34,014 nt of DNA from Utricularia gibba (GCA_002189035.1 NEEC01000150.1:1-34014), one strand, 5' to 3'. Counted from the stretch's first letter, positions 1-12,374 are shown. The notes: a model not told the origin generated them from the sequence alone. Numbers and translations are program-made.

Positions 1-2447
1 GATCAGCTTAGGCCTTGGCCCAAAGTAAGTTGTAGCCCGGCAAAGAAAGTGATGTATTTATTAACGTTCGGTTTTTCGGTGTTGCCTACATGGTTTTTCA
101 AGGAACAGCTTCTCGTTTTGTGGCGGCCAGTCTCGCTAGGAACTTGGTCCGGGCCCGCGATTCTTTATGGCTCATGAGGACAAAAGGATGCAAATCGATG
201 AATACAATGTTGCATTTGTTTAAATTGCGATATCACGTGCACCCCACATGATTTTTTTCAACAACTTACTTTATACTTGAGCAGGCGGTCTTTGGGTGCA
301 CTGGAACGGGACAAAGGTAAGGTTTGGCTTGCATCGAGAGTTAGTTGTAGTCCGGCAAATAAAGTGATGTATTTATTATCGTTCGGTTTTCGGGGGCTGC
401 CTACATGGTTTTTCGAGGAACCGCTTCTCGTTTTGTGGCGGCCAGTCTCGCTGGGAACTTGGTCCTTGACCCCGATTCTGTATGGCTCATGAGGTCAACT
501 GGATGCAAATCGATTAAAAAAAATGATCCATTTGTTTAAATTATGATGTCACGTGCACCCACATGATTTTTTCAACAACTTACTTTATACTTGAGAAGGC
601 GGTCTTTGGGTGCACTTGGAACCGGAAAAAGATCAGCTTAGGCCTTGGCCCAAAGTAAGTTGTAGCCCGGCAAAGAAAGTGATGTATTTATTAACGTTCG
701 GTTTTCGTGTTGCCTACATGGTTTTTCAAGGAACAGCTTCTCGTTTTGTGGCGGCCAGTCTCGCTAGGAACTTGGTCCGGGCCCGCGATTCTTTATGGCT
801 CATGAGGACAAAAGGATGCAAATCGATGAATACAATGTTGCATTTGTTTAAATTGCGATATCACGTGCACCCCACATGATTTTTTTAACAACTTACTTTA
901 TACTTGAGCAGGCGGTCTTGGGTGCACCTGGAACGGGACAAAGGTAAGGTTTGGCTTGCACGAGAGTTAGTTGTAGTCCGGCAAATAAAGTGATGTATTT
1001 ATTATCGTTCGGTTTTCGGGGGCTGCCTACATGGTTTTTCAGGAACCGCTTCTCGTTTGTGGCGGCCAGTCTCGCTGGGAACTTGGTCCTTGACCCCGAT
1101 TCTGTATGGCTCATGAGGTCAACTGGATGCAAATCGATTAAAAAAAATGATCATTTGTTTAAATTATGATGTCACGTGCACCCCACATGATTTTTTTAAC
1201 AACTTACTTTATACTGAGAAGGCGGTCTTGGGGTGCACTTGGAACCGGAAAAAGATCAGCTTAGGCCTTGGCCCAAAGTAAGTTGTAGCCCGGCAAAGAA
1301 AGTGATGTATTTATTAACGTTCGGTTTTCGGTGTTGCCTACATGGTTTTTCAAGGAACAGCTTCTCGTTTTGTGGCGGCCAGTCTCGCTAGGAACTTGGT
1401 CCGGGCCCGCGATTCTTTATGGCTCATGAGGACAAAAGGATGCAAATCGATCATTTGTTTAAATTACGATATCACGTGCACCCCACATGATTTTTTAACA
1501 ACCTTTATACTTGAGGAGGCGGTCTTTGGGGCACTTGGAACGGAAAAAGGTAAGGTTTGGCTTGCCCAAAGTAAGTTGTAGTCCGGCAAATAAAGTGATG
1601 TATTTATTATCGTTCGGTTTTCGGGGGCTGCCTACATGGTTTTTCAAGGAACCGCTTCTCGTTTTGGCGGCCAGTCTCGCTGGGAACTTGGTCCTTGACC
1701 CCGATTCTGTATGGCTCATGAGGTCAACTGGATGCAAATCGATTAAAAAAAATGATCCATTTGTTTAAATTATGATGTCACGTGCACCCCACATGATTTT
1801 TTCAACAACTTACTTTATACTTGAGAAGGCGGTCTTTGGGTGCACTTGGAACCGGAAAAAGATCAGCTTAGGCCTTGGCCCAAAGTAAGTTGTAGCCCGG
1901 CAAAGAAAGTGATGTATTTATTAACGTTCGGTTTTCGGTGTTGCCTACATGGTTTTTCAAGGAACAGCTTCTCGTTTTGTGGGGCCAGTCTCGCTAGGAA
2001 CTTGGTCCGGGCCCGCGATTCTTTATGGCTCATGAGGACAAAAGGATGCAAATCGATGAATACAATGTTGCATTTGTTTAAATTGCGATATCACGTGCAC
2101 CCCACATGATTTTTTCAACAACTTACTTTATACTTGAGCAGGCGGTCTTTGGTGCACCTGGAACGGGACAAAGGTAAGGTTTGGCTTGCACCGAGAGTTA
2201 GTTGTAGTCCGGCAAATAAAGTGATGTATTTATTATCGTTCGGTTTTCGGGGGCTGCCTACATGGTTTTTCAGGAACCGCTTCTCGTTTTGTGGCGGCCA
2301 GTCTCGCTGGGAACTTGGTCCTTGACCCCGATTCTGTATGGCTCATGAGGTCAACTGGATGCAAATCGATTAAAAAAAATGATCCATTTGTTTAAATTAT
2401 GATGTCACGTGCACCCCACATGATTTTTTCAACAACTTACTTTATAC

Positions 2448-2749
2448 TTGAGAAGGCGGTCTTTGGGTGCACTTGGAACCGGAAAAAGATCAGCTTAGGC
2501 CTTGGCCCAAAGTAAGTTGTAGCCCGGCAAAGAAAGTGATGTATTTATTAACGTTCGGTTTTCGGTGTTGCCTACATGGTTTTTCAAGGAACAGCTTCTC
2601 GTTTTGGCGGCCAGTCTCGCTAGGAACTTGGTCCGACCCCGATTCTTATGGCTCATGAGGTCAACTGGATGCAAATCGATTAAAAATGAATTTGTTTAAA
2701 TTATGATGTCACGTGCACCCCATGATTTTTTCAACAACTTACTTTATAC
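2448..2749. repeat. Chimeric A(5')/B(3') subunit that breaks A/B alternation (B, A/B, A, B)
   Basis: A alleles up to ~2630 (gatcagc, ggtgttgcc, aacagc, ctagg), then B alleles from ~2636 (gacccc, gaggtcaactgg, gattaaaaa, ttatgatgtc), followed by another A at 2750. B-to-B distance is 924 bp (2134->3058). Confidence 0.75.
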
Positions 2750-5700
2750 TTGAGAAGGCGGTCTTTGGGTGCACTTGGAACCGGAAAAAGATCAGCTTAG
2801 GCCTTGGCCCAAAGTAAGTTGTAGCCCGGCAAAGAAAGTGATGTATTTATTAACGTTCGGTTTTCGGTGTTGCCTACATGGTTTTTCAAGGAACAGCTTC
2901 TCGTTTTGTGGCGGCCAGTCTCGCTACTTGGTCCGGGCCCGATTCTTTATGGCTCATGAGGACAAAAGGATGCAAATCGATGAATACAATGTTGCATTTG
3001 TTTAAATTGCGATATCACGTGCACCCCACATGATTTTTTCAACAACTTACTTTATACTTGAGCAGGCGGTCTTTGGGTGCACCTGGAACGGGACAAAGGT
3101 AAGGTTTGGCTTGCACCGAGAGTTAGTTGTAGTCCGGCAAATAAAGTGATGTATTTATTATCGTTCGGTTTTCGGGGGCTGCCTACATGGTTTTTTCAAG
3201 GAACCGCTTCTCGTTTTGTGGCGGCCAGTCTCGCTGGGTTGGTCCTTGACCCGATTCTGTATGGCTCATGAGGTCAACTGGATGCAAATCGATTAAAAAA
3301 AGATGCATTTGTTTAAATTACGATGTCACGTGCACCCCACATGATTTTTTTAAACAACTTACTTTATACTTGAGGAGGCGGTCTTGGGGGCACTTGGAAC
3401 CGGAAAAAGATCAGCTTAGGCCTGGCCCAAAGTAAGTTGTAGCCCGGCAAAGAAAGTGATGTATTTATTAACGTTCGGTTTTCGGTGTTGCCTACATGGT
3501 TTTTCAAGGAACTTTCGTTTTGTGGCGGCCAGTCTCGCTAGGAACTTGGTCCGGGCCCGCGATTCTTTATGGCTCATGAGGACAAAAGGATGCAAATCGA
3601 TGAAAAAAAATGTTGCATTTGTTTAAATTGCGATATCACGTGCACCCCACATGATTTTTTCAACAACTTACTTTATACTTGAGCAGGCGGTCTTTGGGTG
3701 CACTTGGAACGGAAAAAGGTAAGCTTTGGCTTGCCCAAAGTTAGTTGTAGTCCGGCAAATAAAGTGATGTATTTATTATCGTTCGGTTTTCGGGGGCTGC
3801 CTACATGGTTTTTCAAGGAACCGCTTCTCGTTTTGTGGCGGCCAGTCTCGCTGGGAACTTGGTCCTTGACCCCGATTCTGTATGGCTCATGAGGTCAACT
3901 GGATGCAAATCGATTAAAAAAAATGATCCATTTGTTTAAATTATGATGTCACGTGCACCCACATGATTTTTTAACTTACTTTATACTTGAGAAGGCGGTC
4001 TTTGGGTGCACTTGGAACCGGAAAAAGATCAGCTTAGGCCTTGGCCCAAAGTAAGTTAGCCCGGCAAAGAAAGTGATGTATTTATTAACGTTCGGTTTTC
4101 GTGTTGCCTACATGGTTTTTCAAGGAACAGCTTCTCGTTTTGTGGCGGCCAGTCTCGCTAGGAACTTGGTCCGGGCCCGCGATTCTTTATGGCTCATGAG
4201 GACAAAAGGATGCAAATCGATGAATACAATGTTGCATTTGTTTAAATTGCGATATCACGTGCACCCCACATGATTTTTCAACAACTTACTTTATACTTGA
4301 GCAGGCGGTCTTTGGGTGCACCTGGAACGGGACAAAGGTAAGGTTTGGCTTGCACCGAGAGTTAGTTGTAGTCCGGCAAATAAAGTGATGTATTTATTAT
4401 CGTTCGGTTTTCGGGGGCTGCCTACATGGTTTTTCAAGGAACCGCTTCTCGTTTTGTGGCGGCCAGTCTCGCTGGGAACTTGGTCCTTGACCCCGATTCT
4501 GTATGGCTCATGAGGTCAACTGGATGCAAATCGATTAAAAAAAATGATCCATTTGTTTAAATTATGATGTCACGTGCACCCACATGATTTTTTCAACAAC
4601 TTACTTTATACTTGAGAAGGCGGTCTTTGGGTGCACTTGGAACCGGAAAAAGATCAGCTTAGGCCTTGGCCCAAAGTAAGTTGTAGCCCGGCAAAGAAAG
4701 TGATGTATTTATTAACGTTCGGTTTTCGGTGTGCCTACATGGTTTTTCAAGGAACAGCTTCTCGTTTTGTGGCGGCCAGTCTCGCTAGGAACTTGGTCCG
4801 GGCCCGCGATTCTTTATGGCTCATGAGGACAAAAGGATGCAAATCGATGAATACAATGTTGCATTTGTTTAAATTGCGATATCACGTGCACCCCACATGA
4901 TTTTTTCAACAACTTACTTTATACTTGAGCAGGCGGTCTTTGGGTGCACCTGGAACGGGACAAAGGTAAGGTTTGGCTTGCACGAGAGTTAGTTGTAGTC
5001 CGGCAAATAAAGTGATGTATTTATTATCGTTCGGTTTTCGGGGGCTGCCTACATGGTTTTTCAAGGAACCGCTTCTCGTTTTGTGGCGGCCAGTCTCGCT
5101 GGGAACTTGGTCCTTGACCCCGATTCTGTATGGCTCATGAGGTCAACTGGATGCAAATCGATTAAAAAAAATGATCCATTTGTTTAAATTATGATGTCAC
5201 GTGCACCCCACATGATTTTTTCAACAACTTACTTTATACTTGAGAAGGCGGTCTTTGGGTGCACTTGGAACCGGAAAAAGATCAGCTTAGGCCTTGGCTT
5301 TAAAGAAAGTGATGTATTTATTAACGTTCGGTTTTCGGTGTTGCCTACATGGTTTTTCAAGGAACAGCTTCTCGTTTTGTGGCGGCCAGTCTCGCTAGGA
5401 ACTTGGTCCGGGCCCGCGATTCTTTATGGCTCATGAGGACAAAAGGATGCAAATCGATGAAATACAATGTTGCATTTGTTTAAATTGCGATATCACGTGC
5501 ACCCCACATGATTTTTTCAACAACTACTTTATACTTGAGCAGGCGGTCTTTGGGTGCACCTGGAACGGAAAAAGGTTTTGGCTTGCAAAGTTAGTTGTAG
5601 TCCGGCAAATAAAGTGATGTATTTATTATCGTTCGGTTTTCGGGGGCTGCCTACATGGTTTTTCAAGAACCGCTTCTCGTTTTGTGGCGGCCAGTCTCGC

Positions 5701-8700
5701 TGGGAACTTGGTCCTTGACCCCGATTCTGTATGGCTCATGAGGTCAACTGGATGCAAATCGATTAAAAAAAATGATCATTTGTTTAAATTATGATGTCAC
5801 GTGCACCCCACATGATTTTTTCAACAACTTACTTTATACTTGAGAAGGCGGTCTTTGGGTGCACTTGGAACCGGAAAAAGATCAGCTTAGGCCTTGGCCC
5901 AAAGTAAGTTGTAGCCCGGCAAAGAAAGTGATGTATTTATTAACGTTCGGTTTTCGGTGTTGCCTACATGGTTTTTCAAGGAACAGCTTCTCGTTTTGTG
6001 GCGGCCAGTCTCGCTAGGAACTTGGTCCGGGCCCGCGATTCTTTATGGCTCATGAGGACAAAAGGATGCAAATCGATGAATACAATGTTGCATTTGTTTA
6101 AATTGCGATATCACGTGCACCCCACATGATTTTTTCAACAACTTACTTTATACTTGAGCAGGCGGTCTTTGGGTGCACCTGGAACGGGACAAAGGTAAGG
6201 TTTGGCTTGCACCGAGAGTTAGTTGTAGTCCGGCAAATAAAGTGATGTATTTATTATCGTTCGGTTTTCGGGGGCTGCCTACATGGTTTTTCAAGGAACC
6301 GCTTCTCGTTTTGTGGCGGCCAGTCTCGCTGGGAACTTGGTCCTTGACCCCGATTCTGTATGGCTCATGAGGTCAACTGGATGCAAATCGATTAAAAAAA
6401 TGATCCATTTGTTTAAATTATGATGTCACGTGCACCCCACATGATTTTTTCAACAACTTACTTTATACTTGAGAAGGCGGTCTTGGGTGGGGACTTTACC
6501 GGAAAAAGATCAAAGGCCTTGGCCCCAAAGCCCAGTTGTAGCCCGGCAAAGAAGTGAGTGATGTATTTATTAACGTTCGGTTTTCGGTGTTGCCTACATG
6601 GTTTTTCAAGGAACAGCTTCTCGTTTTGTGGCGGCCAGTCTCGCTAGGAACTTGGTCCGGGCCCGCGATTCTTTATGGCTCATGAGGACAAAAGGATGCA
6701 AATCGATGAATACAATGTTGCATTTGTTTAAATTGCGATATCACGTGCACCCCACATGATTTTTTCAACAACTTACTTTATACTTGAGCAGGCGGTCTTT
6801 GGGTGCACCTGGAACGGGACAAAGGTAAGGTTTGGCTTGCACCGAGAGTTAGTTGTAGTCCGGCAAATAAAGTGATGTATTTATTATCGTTCGGTTTTCG
6901 GGGGCTGCCTACATGGTTTTTCAAGGAACCGCTTCTCGTTTTGTGGCGGCCAGTCTCGCTGGGAACTTGGTCCTTGACCCCGATTCTGTATGGCTCATGA
7001 GGTCAACTGGATGCAAATCGATTAAAAAAAATGATCCATTTGTTTAAATTATGATGTCACGTGCACCCCACATGATTTTTTCAACAACTTACTTTATACT
7101 GAGGACTTGGAACCGGAAAAAGATCAGCTTAGGCCTTGGCCCAAAGTAAGTTGTAGCCCGGCAAAGAAAGTGATGTATTTATTAACGTTCGGTTTTCGGT
7201 GTTGCCTACATGGTTTTTCAAGGAACAGCTTCTCGTTTTGTGGCGGCCAGTCTCGCTAGGAACTTGGTCCGGGCCCGCGATTCTTTATGGCTCATGAGGA
7301 CAAAGGATGCAAATCGATGAATACAATGTTGCATTTGTTTAAATTGCGATATCGTGCACCCCACATGATTTTTTCAACAACTTACTTTATACTTGAGGCG
7401 GTCTTTGGGTGCACTGGAGGGAAAAGGTTTTGGCTTGCAGAGAGTTAGTTGTAGTCCGGCAAATAAAGTGATGTATTTATTATCGTTCGGTTTTCGGGGG
7501 CTGCCTACATGGTTTTTCAAGGAACCGCTTCTCGTTTTGTGGCGGCCAGTCTCGCTGGGAACTTGGTCCTTGACCCCGATTCTGTATGGCTCATGAGGTC
7601 AACTGGATGCAAATCGATTAAAAAAAATGATCCATTTGTTTAAATTATGATGTCACGTGCACCCCACATGATTTTTTAACAACTTACTTTATACTTGAGA
7701 AGGCGGTCTTTGGGGCACTTGGAACCGGAAAAAGATCAGCTTAGGCCTTGGCCCAAAGTAAGTTGTAGCCCGGCAAAGAAAGTGATGTATTTATTAACGT
7801 TCGGTTTTCGGTGTTGCCTACATGGTTTTTCAAGGAACAGCTTCTCGTTTTGTGGCGGCCAGTCTCGCTAGGAACTTGGTCCGGGCCCGCGATTCTTTAT
7901 GGCTCATGAGGACAAAAGGATGCAAATCGATGAATACAATGTTGCATTTGTTTAAATTGCGATATCACGTGCACCCCACATGATTTTTTCAACAACTTAC
8001 TTTATACTTGAGGAGGCGGTCTTTGGGTGCACCTGGAACGGACAAAGGTAAGGTTTGGCTTGCAAGAGTTAGTTGTAGTCCGGCAAATAAAGTGATGTAT
8101 TTATTATCGTTCGGTTTTCGGGGGCTGCCTACATGGTTTTTCAAGGAACCGCTTCTCGTTTGTGGCGGCCAGTCTCGCTGGGAACTTGGTCCTTGACCCC
8201 GATTCTGTATGGCTCATGAGGTCAACTGGATGCAAATCGATTAAAAAAAATGATCCATTTGTTTAAATTATGATGTCACGTGCACCCCACATGATTTTTT
8301 CAACAACTTACTTTATACTTGAGAAGGCGGTCTTGGGTGCACTTGGAACCGGAAAAAGATCAGCTTAGGCCTTGGCCCAAAGTAAGTTGTAGCCCGGCAA
8401 AGAAAGTGATGTATTTATTAACGTTCGGTTTTCGGTGTTGCCTACATGGTTTTTCAAGGAACAGCTTCTCGTTTTGTGGCGGCCAGTCTCGCTAGGAACT
8501 TGGTCCGGGCCCGCGATTCTTTATGGCTCATGAGGACAAAAGGATGCAAATCGATGAATACAATGTTGCATTTGTTTAAATTGCGATATCACGTGCACCC
8601 CACATGATTTTTTCAACAACTTACTTTATACTTGAGCAGGCGGTCTTGGGTGCACCTGGAACGGACAAAGGTAAGGTTTGGCTTGCACCGAGAGTTAGTT

Positions 8701-11700
8701 GTAGTCCGGCAAATAAAGTGATGTATTTATTATCGTTCGGTTTTCGGGGCTGCCTACATGGTTTTTCAAGGAACCGCTTCTCGTTTTGTGGCGGCCAGTC
8801 TCGCTGGGAACTTGGTCCTTGACCCCGATTCTGTATGGCTCATGAGGTCAACTGGATGCAAATCGATTAAAAAAAATGATCCATTTGTTTAAATTATGAT
8901 GTCACGTGCACCCCACATGATTTTTTCAACAACTTACTTTATACTTGAGAAGGCGGTCTTTGGGTGCACTTGGAACCGGAAAAAGATCAGCTTAGGCCTT
9001 GGCCCAAAGTAAGTTGTAGCCCGGCAAAGAAAGTGATGTATTTATTAACGTTCGGTTTTCGGTGTTGCCTACATGGTTTTTCAAGGAACAGCTTCTCGTT
9101 TTGTGGCGGCCAGTCTCGCTAGGAACTTGGTCCGGGCCCGCGATTCTTTATGGCTCATGAGGACAAAAGGATGCAAATCGATGAATACAATGTTGCATTT
9201 GTTTAAATTGCGATATCACGTGCACCCCACATGATTTTTTCAACAACTTACTTTATACTTGAGCAGGCGGTCTTTGGGTGCACCTGGAACGGGACAAAGG
9301 TAAGGTTTGGCTTGCACGAGAGTTAGTTGTAGTCCGGCAAATAAAGTGATGTATTTATTATCGTTCGGTTTTCGGGGGCTGCCTACATGGTTTTTCAAGG
9401 AACCGCTTCTCGTTTGTGGCGGCCAGTCTCGCTGGGAACTTGGTCCTTGACCCCGATTCTGTATGGCTCATGAGGTCAACTGGATGCAAATCGATTAAAA
9501 AAAATGATCCATTTGTTTAAATTATGATGTCACGTGCACCCCACATGATTTTTTCAACAACTTACTTTATACTTGAGAAGGCGGTCTTTGGGTGCACTTG
9601 GAACCGGAAAAAGATCAGCTTAGGCCTTGGCCCAAAGTAAGTTGTAGCCCGGCAAAGAAAGTGATGTATTTATTAACGTTCGGTTTTCGGTGTTGCCTAC
9701 ATGGTTTTTCAAGGAACAGCTTCTCGTTTTGTGGCGGCCAGTCTCGCTAGGAACTTGGTCCGGGCCCGCGATTCTTTATGGCTCATGAGGACAAAAGGAT
9801 GCAAATCGATGAATACAATGTTGCATTTGTTTAAATTGCGATATCACGTGCACCCCACATGATTTTTTCAACAACTTACTTTATACTTGAGCAGGCGGTC
9901 TTTGGGTGCACCTGGAACGGGACAAAGGTAAGGTTTGGCTTGCACCGAGAGTTAGTTGTAGTCCGGCAAATAAAGTGATGTATTTATTATCGTTCGGTTT
10001 TCGGGGCTGCCTACATGGTTTTTCAAGGAACCGCTTCTCGTTTTGTGGCGGCCAGTCTCGCTGGGAACTTGGTCCTTGACCCCGATTCTGTATGGCTCAT
10101 GAGGTCAACTGGATGCAAATCGATTAAAAAAAATGATCCATTTGTTTAAATTATGATGTCACGTGCACCCCACATGATTTTTTCAACAACTTACTTTATA
10201 CTTGAGAAGGCGGTCTTTGGGTGCACTTGGAACCGGAAAAAGATCAGCTTAGGCCTTGGCCCAAAGTAAGTTGTAGCCCGGCAAAGAAAGTGATGTATTT
10301 ATTAACGTTCGGTTTTCGGTGTTGCCTACATGGTTTTTCAAGGAACAGCTTCTCGTTTTGTGGCGGCCAGTCTCGCTAGGAACTTGGTCCGGGCCCGCGA
10401 TTCTTTATGGCTCATGAGGACAAAAGGATGCAAATCGATGAATACAATGTGCATTTGTTTAAATTGCGATATCACGTGCACCCCACATGATTTTTTCAAC
10501 AACTTACTTTATACTTGAGCAGGCGGTCTTTGGGTGCACCTGGAACGGGACAAAGGTAAGGTTTGGCTTGCACGAGAGTTAGTTGTAGTCCGGCAAATAA
10601 AGTGATGTATTTATTATCGTTCGGTTTTCGGGGGCTGCCTACATGGTTTTTCAAGGAACCGCTTCTCGTTTTGTGGCGGCCAGTCTCGCTGGGAACTTGG
10701 TCCTTGACCCCGATTCTGTATGGCTCATGAGGTCAACTGGATGCAAATCGATTAAAAAAAATGATCCATTTGTTTAAATTATGATGTCACGTGCACCCCA
10801 CATGATTTTTTCAACAACTTACTTTATACATGAGAAGGCGGTCTTTGGGTGCACTTGGAACCGGAAAAAGATCAGCTTAGGCCTTGGCCCAAAGTAAGTT
10901 GTAGCCCGGCAAAGAAAGTGATGTATTTATTAACGTTCGGTTTTCGGTGTTGCCTACATGGTTTTTCAAGGAACAGCTTCTCGTTTTGTGGCGGCCAGTC
11001 TCGCTAGGAACTTGGTCCGGGCCCGCGATTCTTTATGGCTCATGAGGACAAAAGGATGCAAATCGATGAATACAATGTTGCATTTGTTTAAATTGCGATA
11101 TCACGTGCACCCCACATGATTTTTTCAACAACTTACTTTATACTTGAGCAGGCGGTCTTTGGGTGCACCTGGATAAAGAGAGTTAGTTGTAGTCCGGCAA
11201 ATAAAGTGATGTATTTATTATCGTTCGGTTTTCGGGGGCTGCCTACATGGTTTTTCAAGGAACCGCTTCTCGTTTTGTGGCGGCCAGTCTCGCTGGGAAC
11301 TTGGTCCTTGACCCCGATTCTGTATGGCTCATGAGGTCAACTGGATGCAAATCGATTAAAAAAAATGATGCATTTGTTTAAATTACGATGTCACGTGCAC
11401 CCCACATGATTTTTTTAACAACATACTTTATACATGAGGGCGGTCTTTGGGGCACTTGGAACCGGAAAAAGGTCAGCTTAGGCCTTGGCCCAAAGTAAGT
11501 TGTAGCCCGGCAAAGAAAGTGATGTATTTATTAACGTTCGGTTTTCGGTGTTGCCTACATGGTTTTTCAAGGAACAGCTTCTCGTTTTGTGGCGGCCAGT
11601 CTCGCTAGGAACTTGGTCCGGGCCCGCGATTCTTTATGGCTCATGAGGACAAAAGGATGCAAATCGATGAATACAATGTTGCATTTGTTTAAATTGCGAT

Positions 11701-11714
11701 ATCACGTGCACCCC

Positions 11715-12344
11715 ACATGATTTTTTCAACAACTTACTTTATACTTGAGCAGGCGGTCTTTGGGTGCACCTGGAACGGGACAAAGGTAAGGTTTGGCTTG
11801 CACCGAGAGTTAGTTGTAGTCCGGCAAATAAAGTGATGTATTTATTATCGTTCGGTTTTCGGGGGCTGCCTACATGGTTTTTCAAGGAACCGCTTCTCGT
11901 TTTGTGGCGGCCAGTCTCGCTGGGAACTTGGTCCTTGACCCCGATTCTGTATGGCTCATGAGGTCAACTGGATGCAAATCGATTAAAAAAAATGATCCAT
12001 TTGTTTAAATTATGATGTCACGTGCACCCCACATGATTTTTTCAACAACTTACTTTATACTTGAGAAGGCGGTCTTTGGGTGCACTTGGAACCGGAAAAA
12101 GATCAGCTTAGGCCTTGGCCCAAAGTAAGTTGTAGCCCGGCAAAGAAAGTGATGTATTTATTAACGTTCGGTTTTCGGTGTTGCCTACATGGTTTTTCAA
12201 GGAACAGCTTCTCGTTTTGTGGCGGCCAGTCTCGCTAGGAACTTGGTCCGGGCCCGCGATTCTTTATGGCTCATGAGGACAAAAGGATGCAAATCGATGA
12301 ATACAATGTTGCATTTGTTTAAATTGCGATATCACGTGCACCCC
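11715..12344. repeat. Four ancestral ~157-bp sub-monomers within one HOR (11715-11871, 11872-12030, 12031-12186, 12187-12344)
   Basis: The anchor acatg(a/g)ttttt recurs at 11715, 11872, 12031, 12187 and 12345 (spacings 157, 159, 156, 158). Hand alignment of 12187-12344 with 12345-12501 using one gap gives about 81/158 identities (~51%), with colinear blocks throughout. Confidence 0.8.
11745..12060. repeat. Subunit B exemplar (316 bp)
   Basis: Starts ttgagCaggcgg. Diagnostic segments: gcacctggaacgggacaaaggtaaggtttggcttgcaccgagagttag, ttcgggggctgcc, ggtccttgacccc, gaggtcaactgg, tcgattaaaaaaaatgatcc. Error-free copy of the recurrent type-1 consensus. Confidence 0.95.
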
Positions 12345-12374
12345 ACATGATTTTTTCAACAACTTACTTTATAC
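12061..12374. repeat. Subunit A exemplar (314 bp), ~87% identical to B
   Basis: Starts ttgagAaggcgg. Diagnostic segments: gcacttggaaccggaaaaagatcagcttaggccttggcccaaagtaag, ttcggtgttgcc, ggtccgggcccgcg, gaggacaaaagg, tcgatgaatacaatgttgc. Manual alignment to B gives about 40 differences in 316 columns. Confidence 0.95.

Noticed and set aside
6481-6560. Divergent insert at the start of one A copy
   Set aside because: It is a garbled version of the same A sequence with near-normal length, consistent with a local low-quality call rather than foreign DNA.
11850-11866. CENP-B-box-like TTCG...CGGG (gttcggttttcggggg)
   Set aside because: The spacer is 5 nt rather than the canonical 7, the conserved A is absent, and CGGG is lost in subunit A.
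12017-12180. Yeast point centromere (CDEI match plus a ccgaaaa string on the minus strand)
   Set aside because: No ~80-bp >90% AT CDEII, the CCGAA string is in the wrong orientation and spacing, and point centromeres are not tandem arrays.
12157-12265. Helically phased T-tracts implying intrinsic curvature
   Set aside because: Three tracts are ~21.5 bp apart (12172, 12193, 12215), but neighbouring tracts are out of phase. Too weak to claim without a curvature calculation.
12285-12356. Intact 5S rDNA array (315-bp unit; ggatgc...tgcacccc followed by a T-run)
   Set aside because: Only ~60 bp lie between the apparent ends instead of ~120, with no internal control region between them.
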